NCBI GenBank assembly: GCA_003142295.1
Contig: PLLV01000101.1
Span: forward strand, 9,781 to 73,780
Length of the DNA: 64,000 nt
Direction of reading: 5' to 3'
Source of the DNA: Syntrophaceae bacterium
GTDB lineage: Bacteria; Desulfobacterota; Syntrophia; Syntrophales; UBA2185
Both the position numbers and the translations under genes were made by a program. This document shows, piece by piece, positions 40,277 through 46,807 of this stretch. The notes beneath the pieces were generated by a model that had not been told where the DNA came from, did not search any database, and saw nothing but the letters and a program-made list of their open reading frames with translations. The first letter of the stretch is position 1; every line of letters starts with the position of its first letter.

Positions 40277-40909
40277 TCAGGTTTTCAAATTGAAATTCTC
40301 TTTTAATACAAGTTTACCGTCGTCTGAAAAGACAAATATTGAGGCGGAATCATAAACATGCTGTATGGAGATGTCCTTCGCTATGACTTTGTATCTAGTG
40401 ATGGAAAAGGGGTCGCCATCCTTGAAATTTTGCGGGACTCCATTGGACAGAATAGTTTGGGGATCGGCGAGCCAATGTTCTGCTCCCAAGCCCTCTGATT
40501 TCAGGATGAGGAAGATATACCCCGACGCAGGGATATTTTTTGAGGTCTTGTTTTTCAGGAGAAACGAATAGCGGAATAATTTTCTTGAAACGTCGAAGTT
40601 TGCTTCAAAATTTTCTATAGACAAGTTGTAAGATTGCGTAACGGTATTTACCACTGTCGCATCGGCTGATGCCTCGTTCTTTCCTGCATCGGACGGTTTA
40701 GCGTGGGTGCCAATATTGGCTGCGATGTTTTCCTTAAAACTTCCAGTTCGGTTGTGGAGAAGAACTGCGGTGAAGGAGATAATACATAGGCCAATTACTG
40801 CTACGAGGCAGATAGTTAAGAAGTTCGCCGGAAGCTTAAAAGAACACAGTCGCCTCTCGTCTTGAATGATAATGATGGTAAACTTTTTTTGTCTCTTGTC
40901 TAAGTGCAT
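40277..40909 (-). CDS. Hypothetical bitopic membrane protein upstream of bactofilin
   Basis: The 210-aa product has an N-terminus (KKFTIIIIQDERRLCSFKLP plus a TM segment) like the N-termini of bactofilin-associated M23 peptidases. I saw no LytM HxH catalytic motif in the ~140-aa periplasmic part. Confidence 0.6.
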   Translation of the reverse strand: MHLDKRQKKFTIIIIQDERRLCSFKLPANFLTICLVAVIGLCIISFTAVLLHNRTGSFKENIAANIGTHAKPSDAGKNEASADATVVNTVTQSYNLSIENFEANFDVSRKLFRYSFLLKNKTSKNIPASGYIFLILKSEGLGAEHWLADPQTILSNGVPQNFKDGDPFSITRYKVIAKDISIQHVYDSASIFVFSDDGKLVLKENFNLKT

Positions 40910-41316
40910 TTAAAAGATGTTTCGCGAAGAAATTCTTCTAAATCCGCCTGCTGGGAATGAAGCTTCTTTTTTGGAGCATCTTGTTCCCTCTGCTTACGGA
41001 AAAATTAATCCATCTTAGTCGCGAAAAAACAAGATTTTAAGGGATCAGTCAATTATCTAATATATTTATACCGTATGTTCATAATGACTTACACGCAGGT
41101 TGTCAAGGCAAAATAGGGATGAGGATCATTTGTCACCGAATGCGTTTTGTCATCGGGCAGTACTCAATGGGGAAAAATCATTGATTACGCCGGTGAAATC
41201 CTGCATGAGCAAACTTATGGAAATTTTTCCTGGAGGCAATAAGGAAAAAGGAACAAAGATGAGAAGATTAGTCAATTTCTGCGGCAGAATATTCTCTATG
41301 TCTGTTGACAGACGAG

Positions 41317-42891
41317 CTACACAAGCTGCCCGGCATCAGGTAGAATCCCACGGGGCGCAATGGTTGGTCGCCGATGAAGAGTGCTTATAAAGTAGTCCAC
41401 GATTTCTTCGTCAAATTGACGATTAACATTTCTTTTCAACTCGGCAACAGCTGCATCTATCGCCATTGCCTTTCGGTATGGTCGGTTGTTAGTCATGGCA
41501 TCAAAAGCATCTGTGACTGCCAGCATCCTGGAAAAAAAAGGAATATTGGAACCCTGGAGGCCATCGGGATAACCATTGCCATCCCACCGTTCGTGGTGAT
41601 GGCGGATTATTAATCTTTCCGTATCCAAGATGGGAAGGGGCTTTAAGATATTTTCTCCAATCACTGGGTGGTTCTTTATAACATCGAATTCGTAAGTAGT
41701 GAGTCGACCTGGTTTCAGCAGGATATCATCAGGTATGGAGATTTTTCCTATGTCATGCAGAGTTGCCGCTATCTTTAGCGATTCTATTTCACTGGGGGAA
41801 CAACTCATGGCTTCTGCAGTTCTAATTACAATATCCTTCACCCTCATGGAGTGCTCTTCTGTATAATAATCACGGGCCTGAATGGAAGCAACGAGAGATT
41901 GAAAGGTACTCAAGAGATTCGTATAAAGACTTTCATACAGAAGTCTGTTCTCGATGTTGAGAGACGCCCTGTTGGCAATACTCTGGATATAATAGAGATC
42001 CCTTTCCGTATAGACATGTTCGTTGCTTTTTCCTGAAAGCGCTATGATGCCAAAGACCTGGTCTCTCATTTTTAGGGGAGAGCAGATGACAGATGAATAT
42101 ACGGTATTCCTAATAATATTTCGAAGCAAAGGCTCTCTCTTGTGCACGGTTTCTCTGAGTATGGAATACAGAGATGGTATAATCACACTTTTGAAAAAAG
42201 TTTGTGACACTCCTTTGACCACAACAGCATCAAATTCCTGGCAGTCTTTATCATACAAGAGGATAGAACAGGCCTCGCCGCCGACGACCTTGAGGGCAAG
42301 ATCAACCATTTCCTGAAAGATTTCGTCGTTGTTTTTCGTGAGTTCGATCTTGTCATATATGTAGCTGCGCGTAGATAAATCACTTATCTTGGTAGTTAAG
42401 GAAGTGGCCGTTGTCTGCTTATCGTATTCACTAAGGATAGTCTTTGCCCTTAAATAGACATCAACCTTATATAGGAGGTCATCGATATTGAATGGTTTTG
42501 CCAAGAAGTCTACTGCACCGGTCTTCATTGCTGAAACGGTCAGTCCGATGGTAGGGTAGGCTGTAATAAGAATCACATGCGTTGTCGGCTTGATTTCCCT
42601 AATCTTGTCCAGGAGATCCATGCCATTCATGCCGGGCATCATGACATCGCATATGACCATATCAAAATGGTTTTGCCTCAGCTTTTCCAGGCCTTCAACA
42701 CCGTCGGACGCCTCTATCACTGCGTAATTACCGGCCTGACATATTGCGTCAACAACGAGTGATCTGATGCCGATGTCGTCATCGACGACCAGTATAGATT
42801 TTTTTTCTGGAATTACATCATTCATACTTAAAAGGCATGATCGATCTTGTGTATTTTCTGTGGATAAGGGTAGAGGATCTGGCTCAGTCAT
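41317..42891 (-). CDS. Response regulator REC-GAF-HD-GYP (c-di-GMP phosphodiesterase type)
   Basis: REC domain: ILVVDDDIGIRS...DVMMPGMNG. HD-GYP domain: ATLHDIGK, HHHERWDGNGYPDGL. A GAF-like domain lies in the middle. The start could instead be Met23 (42825). Confidence 0.88.
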   Translation of the reverse strand: MTEPDPLPLSTENTQDRSCLLSMNDVIPEKKSILVVDDDIGIRSLVVDAICQAGNYAVIEASDGVEGLEKLRQNHFDMVICDVMMPGMNGMDLLDKIREIKPTTHVILITAYPTIGLTVSAMKTGAVDFLAKPFNIDDLLYKVDVYLRAKTILSEYDKQTTATSLTTKISDLSTRSYIYDKIELTKNNDEIFQEMVDLALKVVGGEACSILLYDKDCQEFDAVVVKGVSQTFFKSVIIPSLYSILRETVHKREPLLRNIIRNTVYSSVICSPLKMRDQVFGIIALSGKSNEHVYTERDLYYIQSIANRASLNIENRLLYESLYTNLLSTFQSLVASIQARDYYTEEHSMRVKDIVIRTAEAMSCSPSEIESLKIAATLHDIGKISIPDDILLKPGRLTTYEFDVIKNHPVIGENILKPLPILDTERLIIRHHHERWDGNGYPDGLQGSNIPFFSRMLAVTDAFDAMTNNRPYRKAMAIDAAVAELKRNVNRQFDEEIVDYFISTLHRRPTIAPRGILPDAGQLV

Positions 42892-43087
42892 TGTCTTTCT
42901 TGGATTTCAGAAGAACATCCATCAGGCTACATGAAATCTTATCGTAAACAGCGGTTTTGTCGGCGGAGTCCAGGGTAACTATGTCGGCACCATCGCCTTC
43001 GGGTTGCTGCGATGTTCCGACCTTGGCCTTGTTCTGTTTACTGTATGCCTTCAGAATGTTATCAATCTGATAAGACGAAATCGTCAT
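42884..43087 (-). CDS. Hypothetical 67-aa protein overlapping the HD-GYP gene start
   Basis: It overlaps the downstream start by 8 nt (ATGACTGA). The sequence is MTISSYQIDNILKAYSKQNK...DIVTLDSADKT. It only vaguely resembles FlgM-like anti-sigma factors. Confidence 0.45.
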   Translation of the reverse strand: MTISSYQIDNILKAYSKQNKAKVGTSQQPEGDGADIVTLDSADKTAVYDKISCSLMDVLLKSKKDND

Positions 43088-43356
43088 CGCTCAACACCTC
43101 TCCGTGTATTCCTATCCCCACTTAACGTACACGATGATTTTCACAAAGCTTTTAACATATGAAAATCTCCATTGCAAGAGAAAAATAGGATCTATATTAA
43201 GGGAGGGGATTTAAGGAGTAGAGGGGGCTATGGGAGCCGGATGCAGCCATATACTCATTATTGGCGGATTGTCAAAGCTTGAGACCCTTATATGATACAA
43301 TTAACAGATGTTTGAATTGAAAAGAAAAGGTCTTAATAGTCGCGAACATTGCTGTC

Positions 43357-43500
43357 ATCGACATAAATTAGCTTCTCCTGTTATCTCAATTATAAATGGC
43401 TATTATGTTAATATTCTATTTGACTATTGGCCAATTTTTGTTAACATTGAGCCTCTTCAAACTTAGCTAATTTTTATATCGACATAACCGAAGTTCTCCT
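43357..43500. repeat. Two 23-nt direct repeats (18/23 identical), 121 nt apart
   Basis: The copies are atcgacataaattagcttctcct (43357..43379) and atcgacataaccgaagttctcct (43478..43500). On the minus strand each reads AGGAGAA-N8-ATGTCGAT, i.e. SD plus start codon. Confidence 0.55.
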
Positions 43501-43513
43501 TTAAGAATGTTTT

Positions 43514-43750
43514 ATGAAAAATGCAAAGATATTAATTGCTGCGGACAATGAACTGAGCAGGGATAATCTGTCAGAACTGCTGAAAAGGCAGGGCTATGAG
43601 GTTATGCCTGTCGAAAATGGCAGGCAGGCAAGGGATGCAAAGGAGCAGAACCCGTCTGACCTGATTGGGGTGAGAGAAGTCAGGGACAGGGAAGGCAATA
43701 TTGTTGCGATTTACTCTACTGGGCCGCCCGACGAAAGAAGGCTACGATAA
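43514..43750 (+). pseudogene. Truncated/degenerate receiver (REC) domain fused to a PAS-end-like remnant
   Basis: The REC-like beta1-beta3 region is KILIAADNELSRDNLSELLKRQGYEVMPVENGRQA...NPSDLI. The acidic pocket is degenerate (AADN). After DLI the sequence switches to GVREVRDREGNIVAIYS and stops at 78 aa. Confidence 0.55.
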
Positions 43751-43824
43751 TTCTGAAGAGGCGAAGGTGGAGAAGGCATGGAAGATGTTGCAGAACATGA
43801 TCATCGATAATAGGAAGTGGGATA

Positions 43825-44682
43825 GTGATTAGCGAAGACGGTAAAGATCAGGGAACAAGAAAAACGAAGCTCGCTGATCAGGAAGATAATAAAAATATGT
43901 ATTACCAAGAAATTCACAGCGTTCTGGAGAAAGCGTTTCATGATACATTTGTTGAAGAACTTGTGCCCGGCATCGTTCACAATTTTGCTAATCCTTTAAA
44001 TGGCATCATGGGGCGCTCCAGGCTGCTGCAGAGAAAATTAATGGATATCATGAAGAGAGCAGATGTAGAAAAGGATACATCTTATCAGGAGAATAATAAA
44101 AAACTGGTCCGTGACGTTGACTCCATAGCGCGTGAGGCTGATAGACTCTCTGGCATTCTTCAGACCGTGATGGGGAAATTTTGTGCGATCGGTGATCGGA
44201 CTGCGCAGAAAGTGAATCTATCCGAGCTTATCGAACTGGAGATGAGGTTTTTCGATTTTTATCTGGATTTCAGGCATAGCGTCAAGAAAACTTTGCAACT
44301 CGATAGAGAACTACCGGAGGTCAGAGGATCCCCCGCTGACTATTCCCTGGCCTTTTTTACATTGATCAGATATGCAGCGGTCGCCATGAAGGACAGTGCC
44401 TCAAAGGAACTATATATTTCAACACAACTTGAAAATGGACAGATATGCGTGAAGATCCAGAATCGAGGGGTTCCCATTTCCGACGATCTGAAAAGACTAT
44501 TGCTTGATGAAGTGCAGGGGTATGCTTCTTCTCTGGGAGGAACCGGAGAAGGGGCACTGCTATGCGCCTTTTCGCTGTTAAGGAAATGGGGCGCCGGCTT
44601 TGACATAAGGAGTGAGAATGGTTTGAATACTATTATCGTATTGATGCCTTTTTACCAGGCAAAACATAAATTCGGCGATTAA
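43825..44682 (+). CDS. Histidine-kinase-like core (H-box + degenerate HATPase_c), no sensor or TM domain
   Basis: The H-box reads IVHNFANPLNGIMGRS. The N-box Asn is apparently missing (FFTLIRYAAVAM). G1 reads IQNRGVPIS and G2 reads GTGEGALLC. Confidence 0.6.
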   Translation: MISEDGKDQGTRKTKLADQEDNKNMYYQEIHSVLEKAFHDTFVEELVPGIVHNFANPLNGIMGRSRLLQRKLMDIMKRADVEKDTSYQENNKKLVRDVDSIAREADRLSGILQTVMGKFCAIGDRTAQKVNLSELIELEMRFFDFYLDFRHSVKKTLQLDRELPEVRGSPADYSLAFFTLIRYAAVAMKDSASKELYISTQLENGQICVKIQNRGVPISDDLKRLLLDEVQGYASSLGGTGEGALLCAFSLLRKWGAGFDIRSENGLNTIIVLMPFYQAKHKFGD

Positions 44683-44768
44683 AGTTAAAGGGCTGTTATG
44701 ACGATTAATGATATAAGTATCTTTATGTTGTGTTGCCGCGGTGAGCCCATGGCAGTTACACGGAGTAA

Positions 44769-44849
44769 GATTGGCAGCGGGCAATTCCGGAGAAGGAGAG
44801 GCCCGACTTCGTAGAGGTTGAGGAGGCTGTCAGGCAGGTTAGGAAATAA
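44769..44849 (+). pseudogene. motA: motA 3' remnant (last ~26 codons)
   Basis: The frame is open only from 44769 and reads DWQRAIPEKERPDFVEVEEAVRQVRK*, which resembles a MotA C-terminus (RP.F.E.EEA). Its TAA overlaps the next ATG (TAATG), as in motAB operons. Confidence 0.5.
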
Positions 44850-45016
44850 TGGCTGAGAGATTAAGACCCATCATTGTAGTTAAGAAAATAAAGAAACATG
44901 CGGGGCATCACGGAGGGCAGTGGAAGGTTGCCGATGCGGACTTCATTACGGCCTTGATGGCTTTTTCCCTGTTGCTATGGCTGCTGGCCATGGTTTCTCC
45001 TGACCGAACAATTTAA
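44849..45016 (+). pseudogene. motB: motB 5' remnant (55 codons: plug/TM region only)
   Basis: The sequence is MAERLRPIIVVKKIKKHAGHHGGQWKVADADFITALMAFSLLLWLLAMVSPDRTI*. It closely parallels the E. coli MotB N-terminus ([49 protein letters not shown]). The OmpA-like peptidoglycan-binding domain is absent. Confidence 0.75.
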
Positions 45017-45176
45017 GATCAAGAAATATGGCCTCGATGTTTTCCTCTTTCAGAATTTCAAAAGCCGCCTCGGATCCTTCTACGAGCCGCACATCATAAC
45101 CTTCGATAACAAAAGTATCTTTGAGTAGATCGCGAACTGTCACTTCATCATCAACAACCAAAATTTTTCTCGCCAT
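44946..45176 (-). pseudogene. Response-regulator receiver domain, N-terminal half only
   Basis: The sequence is MARKILVVDDEVTVRDLLKDTFVIEGYDVRLVEGSEAAFEILKEENIEAIFLDLKL. At about 45009 the frame runs into the antisense of the motB remnant (FGQEKPWPAAIATGKKPSRP*). Confidence 0.7.
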
Positions 45177-45211
45177 GAAAGCACTCCCCAATCCTTAATG
45201 CGCAGAGCTTA

Positions 45212-45961
45212 CTATAAGTCTATCTCCATATCATCGGCTGTCATAAAGGTGTTCTTGAATATTTTTCGGGCCACACCTTCTGATTCCTTCCTTTCTGCCA
45301 AGGTCTTATATATTTCTGCGTCGAAATGAACGAGAGCCAAGCTCCTTGCGCCGGCGTCCCTGGCAATCCTTGCGGCAGTCTCCGGGTTCAGATGCGGCCA
45401 GCTTTCGGAGGACTGGCCGCTTTTGTACGCACATTCAGCTATAAGGAGATCTGATGATCTGGCCAGATGGATGGCATTCTCACAGAAACCGGTATCCGGG
45501 CAGTAGCTGATGACCTTTCCTTCTATTTCATACCTGTATCCTAAAGTCAGCGACTGGTGATTGAGCTCTTCGGCTTCAACTGTGAATGGAAGTTTATTAG
45601 TTTCATCGGGCAATTCATAAGTATTGACTGAAAATGGGAGTTGCGAGATGGATGCCGTGAAGGGGGCATTGATAAATATTTCCAGAGTGTCTCTTGTGCC
45701 GGTGGGGCCGCAGATATTAAGACCATGTTGGAAGTTGAATTTACTCAGCGTATGCAAGCCTATAATGTGGTCCAGATGAAAATGGCTGAGGAAAAGGTAG
45801 ACGGGTTTCCCATTCCCTTCATGTATATACCGGTCCAGTTTGTAAAGGCCGTTACCGGCATCGAGAATAATTTCATAATCTGTTGTCCTTATAAGAATGC
45901 AGATGGTATTTCCCGTTTGCGTATCGTACCACCCATTTGTTCCTAAGAAAACCACTTTCAA
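45212..45961 (-). CDS. MBL-fold metallo-hydrolase (RNase Z/BN-like short form)
   Basis: Contains VVFLGTNGW, ILDAGNG and LSHFHLDHIIGL (HxHxDH). It has a TTG start at 45961, 7-8 nt after AAGGGGAAG. Confidence 0.85.
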   Translation of the reverse strand: MKVVFLGTNGWYDTQTGNTICILIRTTDYEIILDAGNGLYKLDRYIHEGNGKPVYLFLSHFHLDHIIGLHTLSKFNFQHGLNICGPTGTRDTLEIFINAPFTASISQLPFSVNTYELPDETNKLPFTVEAEELNHQSLTLGYRYEIEGKVISYCPDTGFCENAIHLARSSDLLIAECAYKSGQSSESWPHLNPETAARIARDAGARSLALVHFDAEIYKTLAERKESEGVARKIFKNTFMTADDMEIDL

Positions 45962-45993
45962 ATTTGACTTCCCCTTATTATTTTAATTGCGGC

Positions 45994-46033
45994 TTAAAAA
46001 AATACCCCAGAGTCTGTTGATTTCCGGGGTATT
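45994..46033 (-). terminator. Rho-independent terminator (minus strand)
   Basis: On the minus strand this reads aataccccgg-N-ctggggtatttttttaa. The stem is 8 bp (46001..46008 / 46026..46033) plus one outer G-C pair, followed by a T7 run. It lies only ~30 nt upstream of the MBL gene RBS. Confidence 0.6.
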
Positions 46034-46048
46034 GAAGATACCTAAGGT

Positions 46049-46736
46049 TTAAATCGCTTTATCTCTTTTCACCGTCACATTCAGGACGTTCCGTATCGAT
46101 AAAGATACCCTCCGTACCGGCAGGTGATACATCAACCCTATCCTCGCGTGCCCCGGGGTCATCGGTATCATATCCGTGCCGATCAATCCTGAAATTTCCG
46201 TCTCCATGAATTTTCTGGCGGTCCATGTATGCAAGACTCTGGCAAATGAGGGTTTCCTGCCGAGTTTCACCCTATTTTCTTATCAATGGAAAGAAGTATA
46301 GAAGAGCGACGGGGCGTTGTCAATGATAAACGAGTCTGATTTTTCGGGTGAGAATTGTCTTCTCTTTACTTTGCTTGGCATGGGAAAGGATACGTGAAAA
46401 CTGGAAGAAGGCCACCCATGGTTAAGCTTGTTGCCGTGCCGGTGGAACCAGGGGAGACCTTCCCTGCCGCCATTTGTCGTAACTAAACAAATCCTTACTT
46501 CTTGAGTAAATTGCGCTGGAAAAGATCGCAAATCATTGATAAGTCCCTGTATCTTTCTGCAGTAGGGAAGAATATCTCATGCCTTGCCGCGATATGCCTG
46601 CGGTTGCCATGTCTATAGATACATTGTCTTCATTTCGGTTTTGTGGTATAAGAGTAAACCTCAATATTAGCTTACAATGTCGTTTCTTATGAATTGTTAG
46701 ACGGGCACGATCCCGCAAGCGCCTCCTTCGCCCCAT
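46049..46736 (-). other. Unassigned 0.7-kb segment: fragmented minus-strand ORFs (67, 82 and 73 aa) ending at the terminator
   Basis: There are three short ORFs in two frames. The second and third share a frame and are separated by TGA TAA. An alternative 55-aa frame (46059..46226) is also open. No plus-strand ORF reaches 60 aa. I recognised no family. Confidence 0.3.
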
Positions 46737-46807
46737 TGGCTAAAGGGGCTGCAAAATAGATATCTTCCTCTCGGCGAGTTCCAATATCCGAAAATGGAGA
46801 ATTGTAG

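Noticed and set aside
41100-41390. A 96-aa plus-strand ORF downstream of the HD-GYP gene.
   Set aside because: It has no RBS and overlaps the 3' end of the HD-GYP gene in antisense. Its composition is not protein-like.
46283-46290. A possible in-frame UGA (selenocysteine) joining the ORFs 46283..46531 and 46049..46270. I considered this because selB is in the window.
   Set aside because: The TGA is immediately followed by TAA in the same frame, so read-through is impossible. I saw no SECIS-like hairpin.
46380-46480. Cobalamin-riboswitch-like (AGGGAAG…CACCGG) and T-box-like (GGGTGG) strings on the minus strand of the unassigned segment.
   Set aside because: They are only short partial matches. 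The B12 box (GCCACTG) and the T-box core (GGGTGGTACCGCG) are absent.
46703-46719. A sigma54-like element, GGGCACGATCCCGCAAG, ~90 nt upstream of the PAS-LuxR gene.
   Set aside because: The spacing between the GG and GC elements is one nucleotide off the TGGCAC-N5-TTGC consensus, and the -12 region reads CCGCA rather than TTGCA. The match is too weak to call.
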